Assembly (NCBI GenBank): GCA_963796965.1
Contig: CAWCNS010000007.1
Location: forward strand, 768,001-832,000
From: Calditrichia bacterium
GTDB taxonomy: Bacteria > Calditrichota > Calditrichia > JAJRVZ01
Length of the DNA stretch: 64,000 bases
Reading direction: 5' to 3'
Shown: positions 31,004-41,742 of the stretch, piece by piece
Layout of the letters: each line of letters opens with the position of its first letter
Position numbering within the stretch: position 1 is the first letter of the stretch
Made by a program: the position numbers and the translations under genes
Notes under the pieces: model-generated
Seen by the model: the letters and a program-made list of their open reading frames with translations, nothing else
Told to the model about the DNA's origin: nothing
The model's database searches: none

Positions 31004-33244
31004 CTACAGAGGTAAAATGTCGGTAAATATCTCTTCCATGTTCTCATTAAAGCCCAATGTATAAGTTGTAGACAGTTGGTTTAATTCATTTCTTAAACTA
31101 GCAGGTTTAGCATTCTCTTCTTTTACTAAAATAACAGGATTTACAGATTGATAAGTTTTGTATGTTTCGGAAGACAGTAATAGTGGACAAAATCCTAAAC
31201 TTTTTATAAATAACTCTGCGATGATATCATTTTTGTGATAAATGACATCATCTATAACAGCCAACAGATGGCCTTTATTTTCGGATGGAGAGTATAATAG
31301 AATCTTCGATAGTTGGGAATTTTCCAGATAACGAAGTTCAATTATAGCCAAATAATTTTTAATATTCACCATGCACGATCCACTTCCATCAAATAAAATT
31401 ACAGATTCTTCAATACGTCCGGATTCAGACCCTGATAATAACCATTGACGGCCATTCTCAGTTTTAAAATTACACCGATCAACGAGTAAGCCATAATGAT
31501 TTTGAATCCAGCCAATAACCCAACATTCTTGTGATTTTTTATTTGTTAAAAAATAGGACCGTCCTTCCCTATCAAGCACTGATAAACCTATGCGTGGATT
31601 TGTTGATTTGATGGACTGATATATTTTGAGCCATCGCGACTGATTAAACTCTAATTTTTGATCATTAAGCTCAACACGACCATCAATTTGTCCTTTTGCA
31701 CAGGAAATTTGAAACCTTTTCTTTTTTAAAATCCATTTTAATCTTAGGTCTTTATGATGTATTTCTGATTTTTTCCAAAGAAGAGGAACATGCAACAGGT
31801 AATTATCCACTCTCAGAATTATTTTATTAATATGTAGATTATCATACAGATATCCGCTCACATCTGGCAGGACCTCAAGTTTATGGTTTTCCTCATCGAA
31901 CTTTAAAAAGACCTCTTTGTCCACTTTTATCACGAGAAGTTTATCGATAGATAAAGAACTATATATCTTTTGTCCAAAGCGCGTAAATCGAATAAACTTA
32001 TTCCCTCGATTGATTTGGATAAAGTTACCAGGGTTTCGTGTACCTGTTTTAACACAGACAACTTTATTTCTGATAATTTTTATTTGTAACAATTGATATA
32101 AGTATGAAAGAAATTCAAATTCCGGATTTTTTTTAAATTGATTGCATTTATTTAATAATAAGAGACTCCATGGTAATCTCAGCCATTGTGCAAGTGCAAA
32201 AATTATAAATATTTTTTGAGGATAATTCCTGAACATCAGTTCAAATTTTTTTTGAAACAGCGGAAGAGAATAGCGATCCCACCATTTTTGAAGTAGGGTG
32301 GATAAATGAATCTCATTCTGAAAATCATCGTTCTGATAATAACTTAAAATTGTATCAAGCTTATCAGCGACATATCCCGCATTTTCCGTATCAGGCGTTG
32401 AAGGGTAATCTGGAATATTCTCTAAAAGGTGGTTCCATCCAAAGAATCCACAAATTTCTTTAACTACAAATCCATATTGCTGATCTCGATCGATAAGATC
32501 CATCATATGAGCGTCAGGCCTTCTTTCCGGAGAAAATATTTTTACTCTACTCCATAGGGTATCTAGCGTACCCAATATTTGTGTATCCTGAACCACAAGA
32601 GAGTGAAGAATGTGGTTATTTCGGGAGATAGATTCATTCTCCTTGTACTGCTTAAGAACATTAGAAGGATCGAGATTTTTAACCGCTTCATCATCAGAAC
32701 TATAAGCAAGTATCAAAAGTGCATTATCGTCTGCATTCTCATCCGATTCGATGAGAATATGATCCGATCCAGGATCGGCTTTGCCTTCCACATAATAATT
32801 AAAATAACAAGTGCCAATCTTGTACAGTCGATCTGCAGCAGGAATATGATTTTCTGGTAGACTTAATATAAATGTGCTGTCATCTTTTGAAAATTGGAAG
32901 AGGAAAATCCGGTAAATTATCGGAGTTGGCATCCAGGTATAAAAATCTAAAATGTAGAGTGGGAAGCCATTTACTATCAAATAATTGAGATAAAAGGATG
33001 TTTTAAGTATCCGTTTGGTAAAAATATGCCGTAACTCTGTATTTGTTGAATATAAACATTTAAATGAATTGTCAATTGAGGAATTTTCAAATGGTTGCTT
33101 CAGGTCAAAATCTAGAGGATTTGCAGAATTACCAGTACTAATATAGTTAATATTTAATCCAAGGGTACCCAAAACCACTTCTTCATAATCGTAGGGAACG
33201 AGTTCTGTCAATTTCTTTAAAAATTGATTTTTTATTTCAGACAT
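31004..33244 (-). CDS. Large hypothetical protein (about 746 aa)
   Basis: Long uninterrupted ORF; likely ATG 33244 with AGGA RBS; no recognisable motif. Confidence 0.7.
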   Translation of the reverse strand: MSEIKNQFLKKLTELVPYDYEEVVLGTLGLNINYISTGNSANPLDFDLKQPFENSSIDNSFKCLYSTNTELRHIFTKRILKTSFYLNYLIVNGFPLYILDFYTWMPTPIIYRIFLFQFSKDDSTFILSLPENHIPAADRLYKIGTCYFNYYVEGKADPGSDHILIESDENADDNALLILAYSSDDEAVKNLDPSNVLKQYKENESISRNNHILHSLVVQDTQILGTLDTLWSRVKIFSPERRPDAHMMDLIDRDQQYGFVVKEICGFFGWNHLLENIPDYPSTPDTENAGYVADKLDTILSYYQNDDFQNEIHLSTLLQKWWDRYSLPLFQKKFELMFRNYPQKIFIIFALAQWLRLPWSLLLLNKCNQFKKNPEFEFLSYLYQLLQIKIIRNKVVCVKTGTRNPGNFIQINRGNKFIRFTRFGQKIYSSLSIDKLLVIKVDKEVFLKFDEENHKLEVLPDVSGYLYDNLHINKIILRVDNYLLHVPLLWKKSEIHHKDLRLKWILKKKRFQISCAKGQIDGRVELNDQKLEFNQSRWLKIYQSIKSTNPRIGLSVLDREGRSYFLTNKKSQECWVIGWIQNHYGLLVDRCNFKTENGRQWLLSGSESGRIEESVILFDGSGSCMVNIKNYLAIIELRYLENSQLSKILLYSPSENKGHLLAVIDDVIYHKNDIIAELFIKSLGFCPLLLSSETYKTYQSVNPVILVKEENAKPASLRNELNQLSTTYTLGFNENMEEIFTDILPL

Positions 33245-33324
33245 ATTTCCTGCGACCAGACACAATCAGGATCATTTGAGAGATAGTAAACCTGCGATTC
33301 AAGTACCCTGATTGTGCCGATGGA

Positions 33325-34644
33325 TTAGAATAATAGACGCTGAATATCTATATAAAAGATAAATACAATCAATATGAGAAGGATGGCCATGCCGATTTGC
33401 TGCACAAGCAACCTTGTCCTCATAGATACTGGTTTCCCACTTACACCCTCTACTAATAAAAACGCAAGATGGCCACCATCTAATGCTGGAATTGGCAATA
33501 TATTAAAAAAGGCCAAGATAGCGCTTAGGGCCGCAGTTAGACTCCATAATCGGTCCCAGCCCTCAGCCGCCGCATCCTGAGCCAACTTGGCTATCATAAT
33601 GGGACCACCGATAACCTCTGAGGCAGGTTTAGTGCCAGATATAACCCACCATAACCCTTTTATATTTAATGCTAACAAAGTAAAGGTGCCTTTAACCCCC
33701 TTTACAATTGCCTCGGGAAAACTTAAATCATTTATTTCATAGTATTGTCCAATACCGATTTTTCCTACTGTAATGGCTGCTCCAGAACTATCTGTTGCTT
33801 CCTTCGAATCAGGGATTAACGCTACCGAATAGGAAGATTCGTTGCGAAGATATTCAAGTGTAATTTCTTGCCCCGGGTTGTCTTGGATGATTTCTGTCAT
33901 CTCTAACCAATTTTTTATAGATACGCCATTAATCGCAACAATTCTATCACCTCGCTGTAAATGGGCTTTTTCAGCTGGCGTTTCGGTGATAACGCGGCCT
34001 ATTCTGGCTTCCGGCATCCAGGCAATATCAAGCAATTCGGCGTTCTTCTCCTGAAACCATTCTTTCTGGTAAATCAAATTAATCGTTTCTGCATCTCGGA
34101 CAACCTGAAATTTTATATTTTCATTAAGGTGCTCAATAAACTGATTCTGAATTTCATTCCAGGTGTTAACCTTATTCCCCTGGATGGCCACAATTCTGTC
34201 ACCTTTTTGAAACCCAATTTTTTTTGAGATGCCATCTTTGCCAACAAATCCAATTTCAGTTGTTGGAACGACCTCTTCACCTTTTATATAATTAACCATG
34301 GTTAATATAAGAATTGCCAGAAACAGGTTCATAATCACACCTGCTGTAATTATGATAACTCTTTTCCAAACTGGTTTTGAATTGAACTCGTAATCTGCCC
34401 CGGTGACATTTTGATCAAGACTCTCGTCAACCATACCCGACATCTTTACATACCCACCTAAAGGGATAGCGGAGATACAATAATCGGTATCCCCAATTTT
34501 TTTTCCAAATAAACGTGGTGGAAAGCCAATGGAAAACCGTTCCACCCGCACACCCATCCATTTTGCGGCAAGAAAATGTCCTAATTCATGAATCAGGACA
34601 AGAAGACCAAAAACAAATACTATTGCAAGAAAATTAAAACTCAT
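33325..34644 (-). CDS. rseP: RIP metalloprotease RseP with two PDZ domains
   Basis: HELGH, FSIGF, IPLGGYVKM, AGVIMN, NILPIPALDGG. Confidence 0.95.
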   Translation of the reverse strand: MSFNFLAIVFVFGLLVLIHELGHFLAAKWMGVRVERFSIGFPPRLFGKKIGDTDYCISAIPLGGYVKMSGMVDESLDQNVTGADYEFNSKPVWKRVIIITAGVIMNLFLAILILTMVNYIKGEEVVPTTEIGFVGKDGISKKIGFQKGDRIVAIQGNKVNTWNEIQNQFIEHLNENIKFQVVRDAETINLIYQKEWFQEKNAELLDIAWMPEARIGRVITETPAEKAHLQRGDRIVAINGVSIKNWLEMTEIIQDNPGQEITLEYLRNESSYSVALIPDSKEATDSSGAAITVGKIGIGQYYEINDLSFPEAIVKGVKGTFTLLALNIKGLWWVISGTKPASEVIGGPIMIAKLAQDAAAEGWDRLWSLTAALSAILAFFNILPIPALDGGHLAFLLVEGVSGKPVSMRTRLLVQQIGMAILLILIVFIFYIDIQRLLF

Positions 34645-34960
34645 TTTTTACCATTATACTTTCTATCAAAATATTATAATTTTAATTTAATTATTTTTGA
34701 TTCAAATATCATCCAACTGAGTAATTATATTGATAATCCCTCAAACAGGGAAATTATTTCATATTTTTTATTATTTATGCAGATTTCTATCTATCCAGGC
34801 TTGTTTTCTTCTCTCAAAGACCCGTAATGATACAATAATAAACAATTAATACAAAATAGAAAAAAGACTCTGTTTCATTTACAATCAAGAGATATTTTGT
34901 ATTTTTTATTTTTATGTATTAACACTCGCCACACCTCTGCGAAAAAAAATAGAGAACAAA

Positions 34961-36118
34961 TCATAATAATTTATCTACATACTCCGATGTTAATTTTCTC
35001 GTCTGTAAATCAACAGCGAGATAGGATTCAAACGATTCATCCTCCATAGGAGAATGCTTAAGTAATTGATCTTCAATAACACGACTTATATCCATAAATC
35101 CAATTTTTTTTTCGAGAAATGCAGCGACGGCGATTTCATTTGCTGCATTTAAAACAGCCGGATAACTTTTACCCCGTCTTAGCACTTCAAAAGCCAATCT
35201 TAGACAAGGGAATTTTGTCAAATCGGGTTTTTCAAAAGTTAATGTATCTATTGTAAAAAAATCCATTGCTGGGACATCTAAAGGATACCTATCCGGGTAA
35301 CTGATGGCATATTGGATTGGAATTCGCATATCGGGAATTCCTAACTGGGCTTTTATTGATTTATCCTCAAATTCCACCATTGAGTGAATTATAGACTGGG
35401 GGTGAACAACAACCTCTATGGAATCTAAAGGGACATCATACAACCAAAAGGCCTCTATTACTTCCAATCCTTTGTTCATTAATGTTGCCGAGTCGATCGT
35501 TATTTTTGCGCCCATATCCCAATTTGGGTGTTTTAAGGCTTGTTCCGGTCCTGCTTTTTGCATTTCTTTGAGTGGAGTTTCTCTAAAAGGACCACCCGAT
35601 GCAGTAAGGAGAATTTTATTTATATTATTTCCTTTCTCACCTACCAGACATTGCCAGATAGCACTGTGTTCGCTATCAATTGGCATTAGATCCACTTCAT
35701 ACTCACGCAGAAGGTTGTTAATATATGATCCGGCAACAACCAGGGTCTCTTTATTTGCTAAAGCAACAAAGATTTTTCTTTTTATTGCTTCAATAGTAGG
35801 TTTAAGGCCTGCAAATCCAACAAAAGCGTTTACCACAACATCCGGTAAATCATCTTCCCATGATTTTAATAGACCATCATTCCCATACCATACCTTATAG
35901 TCAGCAGAATCAAACATTTTACAGAACATTTCATGGGCTTTTTGATCATAAATAACCACATGCCTGGGTTTAAACTCTTGAATTTGCTCTGCTAATAGAG
36001 AAATATTTTTGTTGGTGGCAAGGATCACGGCCTGAAAATGCTTGGGTTGTTGACGTATAACATCTAAAGTGTTAACACCAATAGAACCTGTGGACCCTAA
36101 GAGACATATTTTTTTCAT
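34961..36118 (-). CDS. dxr: 1-deoxy-D-xylulose 5-phosphate reductoisomerase
   Basis: LGSTGSIG, LANKETLV, PIDSEHSA, TASGGPF, HPNWDMGAKITIDSA, NKGLEVIEA. Confidence 0.98.
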   Translation of the reverse strand: MKKICLLGSTGSIGVNTLDVIRQQPKHFQAVILATNKNISLLAEQIQEFKPRHVVIYDQKAHEMFCKMFDSADYKVWYGNDGLLKSWEDDLPDVVVNAFVGFAGLKPTIEAIKRKIFVALANKETLVVAGSYINNLLREYEVDLMPIDSEHSAIWQCLVGEKGNNINKILLTASGGPFRETPLKEMQKAGPEQALKHPNWDMGAKITIDSATLMNKGLEVIEAFWLYDVPLDSIEVVVHPQSIIHSMVEFEDKSIKAQLGIPDMRIPIQYAISYPDRYPLDVPAMDFFTIDTLTFEKPDLTKFPCLRLAFEVLRRGKSYPAVLNAANEIAVAAFLEKKIGFMDISRVIEDQLLKHSPMEDESFESYLAVDLQTRKLTSEYVDKLL

Positions 36119-36139
36119 CCTTATCCTATCAATTATGCT

Positions 36140-37003
36140 CTAAAGAATAATCTTCAGACCTGCTGTAAAAGCATTATAAAATCCAAACTCATAATCAGCA
36201 TTGATGTTAAAAATCCAGAGACGCAGATTTGCACCAATAATGTATCTAAGACCATTTTGGCCATTTAGTTTGACATCCCCTACCCCAAAGTTTCCAATGC
36301 CTTCAAGATCATCAGTTCTCATTGTCATCGAGGTAACCTCGTACCCAAGACCGGTGTATATACCAAGAGGGAGTCCAGGAATTTCCTTCGAAGAATGGAT
36401 ATTCATGGCAAAAGTTCCAGCATCAACCCAATTACTCAAACTCATTAAATGATATGTTACCTGAACACTCAAATCAATAGGAAACTCAGCAGAGCTGACA
36501 AGATCACTTAATCCATATTTAATACCTAGCCCGGAGAGCCTTATACCGCCTAGTTCAGGCACTTCTATGACGGGCCAGGTACGTAGCATTAACTCGATAT
36601 CTGCCGTAAGACCTAAGTTAAGCTGTAATTGAGGCACTTCAACAAGAGAAAGACCTGTCCCAGCAATAGTACCCTGAGGGGGCGAAGAATTCCCGAATAC
36701 TGTTGGAACGGGGGAACCCTCCCAACCAAAGGTTTTTGATTTATCTGGTAAATTTATGTTGATATAGTTAACACCAATGTCAAAATGGGGAAATGCTTGA
36801 ACCACAGCACGGTTAAAAAGCCCCGAACCTGATATTGTGCCAAATACTGTTACTAATGGCTGGGAATAGCCAACAAGATAAGGCTCACCTTTGGAGGGAT
36901 CACTCAATATTTCTCTGACGCTCTCATCAAAAGTAGATTGAGCCTCAGATTGTGTAGTACTGAAAAGGCAAATTCCCAGTACGAACAGAATTAATTTTTT
37001 CAT
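36140..37003 (-). CDS. Outer-membrane beta-barrel protein (DUF6588-like)
   Basis: Signal peptide, YLVGYSQP, amphipathic strands, C-terminal TAGLKIIL. Confidence 0.6.
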   Translation of the reverse strand: MKKLILFVLGICLFSTTQSEAQSTFDESVREILSDPSKGEPYLVGYSQPLVTVFGTISGSGLFNRAVVQAFPHFDIGVNYININLPDKSKTFGWEGSPVPTVFGNSSPPQGTIAGTGLSLVEVPQLQLNLGLTADIELMLRTWPVIEVPELGGIRLSGLGIKYGLSDLVSSAEFPIDLSVQVTYHLMSLSNWVDAGTFAMNIHSSKEIPGLPLGIYTGLGYEVTSMTMRTDDLEGIGNFGVGDVKLNGQNGLRYIIGANLRLWIFNINADYEFGFYNAFTAGLKIIL

Positions 37004-37025
37004 TATCTCTTTGTTTCTATGTAGA

Positions 37026-37871
37026 TCAGCAAAAACGATTCATATATTTTTTTGCTGACTGGCATTCACTTTTACTTAAATCTTGTGAATTTACTGAAAT
37101 GTTTGTCATTAATTCAAGTTGATTTAAAATTGCTGTAATAAGAAGATCAGATGTTATTGGCCGGCCATTTATTTCATTCAAACATATCGTTTTTTCCAGC
37201 ATCTCTTGTTCAATGATCCTCGATTTATCTCTATCAATATTTAAATACTGAGGGAGACAGCAATGAAATTTTCCAATCAAAATAGAGCCATGTTGGAGAA
37301 TGGCGTCCTGATAAATCTTTTGGGCGCTACCAATTACTTTTTTACCTTCAAACTGAACTTCCGACCATGCTGATTTTGTAAAGCAGGGAATATCATCAGG
37401 TTGATTTGTTATTTTTGGCAGTGCATCCTTACTTTGCTTTAGGTCGACGCTATAACCCTGATCACGTAAAGCACGGGTAAAAACGTCGTGAATAAAAAAA
37501 TATAATTGTTGATGGTGGAGCATACTTTTAGGGATATGAATACTATAAGTTAATTCTTCCGAATGAAAGATTGCCCTGCCTCCTGTTGGTCTTCGCACCA
37601 AATCATAACCGTCTTGCTGTAACTTTAATTGATCGATAATCTCCATTTTCTGATGATAGCCTATGGATAAACAATAGGGCTCCCAACCATAAAACCGCAA
37701 AACGGGCATATCATTTTTATGACATTTTGATGATAGGAGGTAATCGATTGCCATGTTCATCCGGCCATTGAATATATTGTATGGGATGAGTCGTATTTTT
37801 CTAAAGGAGGGGGGCAGATGATTAGCGGATAACGCCACGTTCACTTTCCCGAAAGAATGAAAGGATGTCAC
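37026..37871 (-). CDS. Lipoate-protein ligase / octanoyltransferase (LipM/LplA family); start uncertain
   Basis: NMAID, LRFYGW..LSIGYHQ, VRRPTGGRAIFH..ELTYS, KKVIGSAQ, LQHGSI. Confidence 0.88.
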   Translation of the reverse strand: MTSFHSFGKVNVALSANHLPPSFRKIRLIPYNIFNGRMNMAIDYLLSSKCHKNDMPVLRFYGWEPYCLSIGYHQKMEIIDQLKLQQDGYDLVRRPTGGRAIFHSEELTYSIHIPKSMLHHQQLYFFIHDVFTRALRDQGYSVDLKQSKDALPKITNQPDDIPCFTKSAWSEVQFEGKKVIGSAQKIYQDAILQHGSILIGKFHCCLPQYLNIDRDKSRIIEQEMLEKTICLNEINGRPITSDLLITAILNQLELMTNISVNSQDLSKSECQSAKKYMNRFC

Positions 37872-38592
37872 AAACCTCTTCGATTTGTTCTACATCATCC
37901 TCAACTTTTTGTATTGCATCTTTTACAGTGAGATTTAGTTGGTAAATTATGCGATAGGCCTCCTTCATTAATGCAAGGGTCTCATCTGAAAAGCCCCTTC
38001 GCTTGAGGCCAACTCTGTTTAGTCCACCATAGCGTAGGGGTTCTCCCATAGCAAGGATATAGGGTGGAACATCTTTATGAATGCGTAAACCGCCACCAAT
38101 AAAAGAATGTCTACCGATACGAACAAATTGGTGGACAGGACTCATTCCGCCAATACCCACATGATCTTCAATCGTCACATGACCTGCCATATTCACCGAA
38201 TTTGCAATAACAACATTATTACCTAAATGGCAATCATGGGCTATGTGAGAATAGGCCATGAGCAGGCAATTGTTCCCTACACGGGTCTTCCAGCGGTCTT
38301 TTGTACCACGATTAAGGGTTGCAAACTCTCTTATTGTCGTATCATTACCAATTTCAAGAAATGAATCCTCACCTTCAAACTTGAGATCTTGTGGGATCGT
38401 TCCTAAAACAGCACCATGAAAAACCTTGCAACCAGAACCTATCGTTGTTCCGCTGGCAATCAAAGAAGCAGATCCTATTTCACAATTATCGCCAATAGTC
38501 ACATTTGCTTCAACAACAGCAAATGGCCCAATTTTCACATTTTTACCAAGTTCCGCATTTTTATCTACTTCAGCAGATTTATGTATTTCCAT
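37822..38592 (-). CDS. lpxA: UDP-GlcNAc O-acyltransferase
   Basis: Hexapeptide repeats, PQDLKF, IREFATLNRGT, HIAHDC, VHQF, DVPPY. Confidence 0.97.
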   Translation of the reverse strand: MEIHKSAEVDKNAELGKNVKIGPFAVVEANVTIGDNCEIGSASLIASGTTIGSGCKVFHGAVLGTIPQDLKFEGEDSFLEIGNDTTIREFATLNRGTKDRWKTRVGNNCLLMAYSHIAHDCHLGNNVVIANSVNMAGHVTIEDHVGIGGMSPVHQFVRIGRHSFIGGGLRIHKDVPPYILAMGEPLRYGGLNRVGLKRRGFSDETLALMKEAYRIIYQLNLTVKDAIQKVEDDVEQIEEVCDILSFFRESERGVIR

Positions 38593-38629
38593 TTCAGGAT
38601 TTTATCCTTACTGTCTGCAATGAGATTAG

Positions 38630-40042
38630 TTATCGATCAACAATTCCTGCCATCATTTCTGCTTCACAGGCTAATTCACCCTTAACATAAGCCTTTCCAG
38701 CCATTTTAAAGGTATTTCGTCTGGCTTTAAGCATGATTAGCTCAAGAATTAGCTGATCACCCGGGACAATTGCACGTCGGAATTTAACATTATCTATACT
38801 CATGAATAATACAAGTTTATTCTCAACCTCATCATCATCTTTAAGCAGGAGTATTCCACCTGTTTGTGCCATAGCCTCTACTATTAGAACACCGGGCATA
38901 ACTGGCCGGCCAGGAAAATGTCCGTTAAAGAAGGGCTCGTTTACCGTTACATTCTTAACGCCTACAATTCTTTTGCCAGGCTCAAATTCGAGGATACTAT
39001 CAATGAGAAGGAAGGGATAACGATGCGGTAAGATCTTTTTAATCGCATTGATATCAAATACCACACCTTTGGTGGCAACTTCACGATATTTCTTCGTAAT
39101 TTTTTGCTTTTTATAGATAGCCCGAATCATGCGGGCAAATTCGATATTGCTCTGATGACCTGGTCTTGCTGCCAAAATCTGAGCCTTAATGGGTGCACCA
39201 ACTAATGCGAGATCACCGATTAGATCGAGTAGTTTATGGCGGCAGGGCTCATTTTTGAATCGAAGAGGCTTATCGTTTAAGATCCCTCCGCTCGGACCTA
39301 ATTTTATATCCGATTTAATTTCCAGTTTTTTCTTAAGATCACGAATTTCTTCGTCACTGAGTTTTCTGTCCACAATGACTACGGCTGAATCGAGATCTCC
39401 TCCCTTGATCAATCCCTCATCCAAAAGCGACTCTACCTCATGAAGGAAACAGAATGTACGCGCAGGGGCAAACTCAGTTATAAATTCTTTCTCCATCGAG
39501 AAAAGGCCGCTATGCTGACTACCAAGAGCCGGATTTTTATAATCGATCATTACAGTTACCCGATAATCATCAGTGGGTAGCGCTGCAAATTCAATCCCAC
39601 GTTGTTCATCTCTGTAAGACAAAGGTTCTTCAATGACCACATAGTCTTTTGGTTCATTTTGTTCCTCAATGCCGGCCTCAATAAGTTTGTGTACAAATGG
39701 CATGGCACTTCCATCACCGATGGGAGGTTCATTAGCATTAATTTCAACGCGGACATTATCGATCTGTAGGCCAAAGATAGCCGCTAAAACGTGTTCTACA
39801 GTATGTACATATGCACTATCTGATGCAATTGTAGTTCCACGTAAGCTGTCGATATCTGTATTTTGCTGCACATTCTCAACGATAGCCTCAATCTCAGGCT
39901 GATTTTCAAGATCAACCCGGACAAACTTCACGCCATAGTTTTCGGGTGCCGGTTTAAAAGTTAATGTTGTATCTGTGCCCGTATGTAATCCTCGACCACT
40001 AAAAGATATTGCCTTTTTGATCGTTTTCTGCTTATCGCTCAT
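38630..40042 (-). CDS. lpxC/fabZ: Bifunctional LpxC-FabZ
   Basis: GLHTG, TVEHVLAA, ARTFCF, RHKLLDLIGDL, then LPHRYPFLLID..FFNGHFP..PGVLIVEAMAQ. Confidence 0.97.
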   Translation of the reverse strand: MSDKQKTIKKAISFSGRGLHTGTDTTLTFKPAPENYGVKFVRVDLENQPEIEAIVENVQQNTDIDSLRGTTIASDSAYVHTVEHVLAAIFGLQIDNVRVEINANEPPIGDGSAMPFVHKLIEAGIEEQNEPKDYVVIEEPLSYRDEQRGIEFAALPTDDYRVTVMIDYKNPALGSQHSGLFSMEKEFITEFAPARTFCFLHEVESLLDEGLIKGGDLDSAVVIVDRKLSDEEIRDLKKKLEIKSDIKLGPSGGILNDKPLRFKNEPCRHKLLDLIGDLALVGAPIKAQILAARPGHQSNIEFARMIRAIYKKQKITKKYREVATKGVVFDINAIKKILPHRYPFLLIDSILEFEPGKRIVGVKNVTVNEPFFNGHFPGRPVMPGVLIVEAMAQTGGILLLKDDDEVENKLVLFMSIDNVKFRRAIVPGDQLILELIMLKARRNTFKMAGKAYVKGELACEAEMMAGIVDR

Positions 40043-41085
40043 TTCCCCCCGCCTAAATGCTTAATTTTTTCTTCAAGTTCTTTTATTTCCTTTTGAAGGG
40101 AATTTAATTTTTTTCCCATATCTGGCAGGCGCCTGAGACTGGCTTCCATTCTCTTTTGTTTTGTTAAAGTAGAAGCAGGATATCCGAACCATACCTCCCC
40201 TTCAGGGATGTTTTTTGAGACACCACTCTGAGCCGCTACGATCGCGTTATCTCCTATTTCAATATGTCCAACAATCCCAACCTGTCCGGCCAGAGTAACA
40301 TGTTTTCCAATCCGTGTACTTCCTGACACACCTGTTTGCGCAGCAATGACTGTGTTTGCTTCGATTTCCACATTGTGCGCAATTTGCACCAAATTATCTA
40401 TCTTGCATCCGGAACCAATCCGCGTTTCACCGATTGTGGCCCGGTCGATGGTACAATTAGATCCAAGTTCCACATCGTTTTCAATCCGAACAATACCCAT
40501 TTGGGGTATCTTTTTATAGGAATCGCCATCCGGAGCAAACCCAAAGCCATCACTACCCAATACAGCACCATCATGTATAATAACCCTGTCACCAACCACG
40601 CACCGCTCTCTTATCGAAACCCTTGAATAAAGGAGACAGTTGTCGCCAATCGATACCCCGTCAAATATCACACAATTGGGATAAATGATGGTATCATTCC
40701 CAATATTGACAGATTCACCAATATAGACATTGGGTCCAATATGGACATTCTGGCCAATAATTGCTGAATCTGATATGACTGCTGCCGGATGAATTCCCTG
40801 AAAATCAGGATGCACAACCGGATAATACAGTCTTAAAATCTCGAGAAATGCAAGGTAAGGATCTTTAACTTTAATATGTGGTACAGATGGTGGATCCTGA
40901 TCTAAAGCAATAAGAACTGCTGATGCTTTGGTCGACTCCAGAAATTTCGAATATTTGGGATTAGAAAGAAATGATAACTGGCCTGGAACAGCATCCTGTA
41001 TTTTTGCCAGACCAGTTATTAAAATATCTGGCTTGCCAACTAATTCACCTGTGAGAAACTCCGCAATCTCGGATAATTTCATCAT
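40039..41085 (-). CDS. lpxD: UDP-3-O-acyl-glucosamine N-acyltransferase
   Basis: LSFLSNPKY, GSDGFGF, KIPQMG, TIDRAT, IDNLVQIAHNV. Confidence 0.97.
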   Translation of the reverse strand: MMKLSEIAEFLTGELVGKPDILITGLAKIQDAVPGQLSFLSNPKYSKFLESTKASAVLIALDQDPPSVPHIKVKDPYLAFLEILRLYYPVVHPDFQGIHPAAVISDSAIIGQNVHIGPNVYIGESVNIGNDTIIYPNCVIFDGVSIGDNCLLYSRVSIRERCVVGDRVIIHDGAVLGSDGFGFAPDGDSYKKIPQMGIVRIENDVELGSNCTIDRATIGETRIGSGCKIDNLVQIAHNVEIEANTVIAAQTGVSGSTRIGKHVTLAGQVGIVGHIEIGDNAIVAAQSGVSKNIPEGEVWFGYPASTLTKQKRMEASLRRLPDMGKKLNSLQKEIKELEEKIKHLGGGK

Positions 41086-41094
41086 AGTGATTGG

Positions 41095-41631
41095 CTATTT
41101 TGAAGCCGAAGCACCCTTATTCAGCTCTTCAAGGATGCGCTCAGTCAGATCATATTTAGGGAGGGCATGTAGAAGAGCGCCTGAAGAAGCGTCAAAAACC
41201 ATATCATACTCTTCTTCCGCACCGATTCTGGTGATTATATCATTAATCTTCTTAATGATTGGCTGAAAGAGCTCCTGGTTCTTTTTATAAAACTCGCCAC
41301 CCTCAGGATTTAATTTCTCAAATTTAAATTTGTCAATTTCAGTAGCTTTTGTCTGGAGTTCACGTAATTTTTCTTTTTTCTTTTCTTCACTTAATAAAAG
41401 GCTCTGAGATTCTATTTCTTGAGCCAGGGCCTGATATTCCCTGACTTTTGCCTCATATTCAGCTTGATATTGATTTCTAATCTGTTCTAATTGATTCTGG
41501 GCATCAATAGCTTCCTGATACTGTGCGAGAATTTTCTGTGAATCAATGTATCCCAGTTTTATCTGAGCCTGACTTACTGAGAATGCTGAAATTAAGAATA
41601 GTAAGGTAAAAACTAATGTGGATCGTTTCAA
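41095..41631 (-). CDS. skp: OmpH/Skp periplasmic chaperone
   Basis: Signal peptide, KLGYIDSQKIL, YDMVFD, YDLT; lies between bamA and lpxD. Confidence 0.92.
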   Translation of the reverse strand: MKRSTLVFTLLFLISAFSVSQAQIKLGYIDSQKILAQYQEAIDAQNQLEQIRNQYQAEYEAKVREYQALAQEIESQSLLLSEEKKKEKLRELQTKATEIDKFKFEKLNPEGGEFYKKNQELFQPIIKKINDIITRIGAEEEYDMVFDASSGALLHALPKYDLTERILEELNKGASASK

Positions 41632-41742
41632 AACGCCCTCCTTTTTTGAAAAAAATTAAAATATAATTTGAAATATTTTTTCATGTTTTAGTAAAAATAA
41701 TACCATTGAAAATCAGAGATAAATTTTAATTTATCTAATTAA

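Noticed and set aside
30823..33244. tRNA-anchored genomic island
   Set aside because: No integrase or duplicated tRNA 3' end, and the unknown ORF is on the 5' side of the tRNA.
38630..40042. LpxC-FabZ fusion and split rfaE1/rfaE2 as novelties
   Set aside because: Both are established arrangements; useful only as taxonomic hints.
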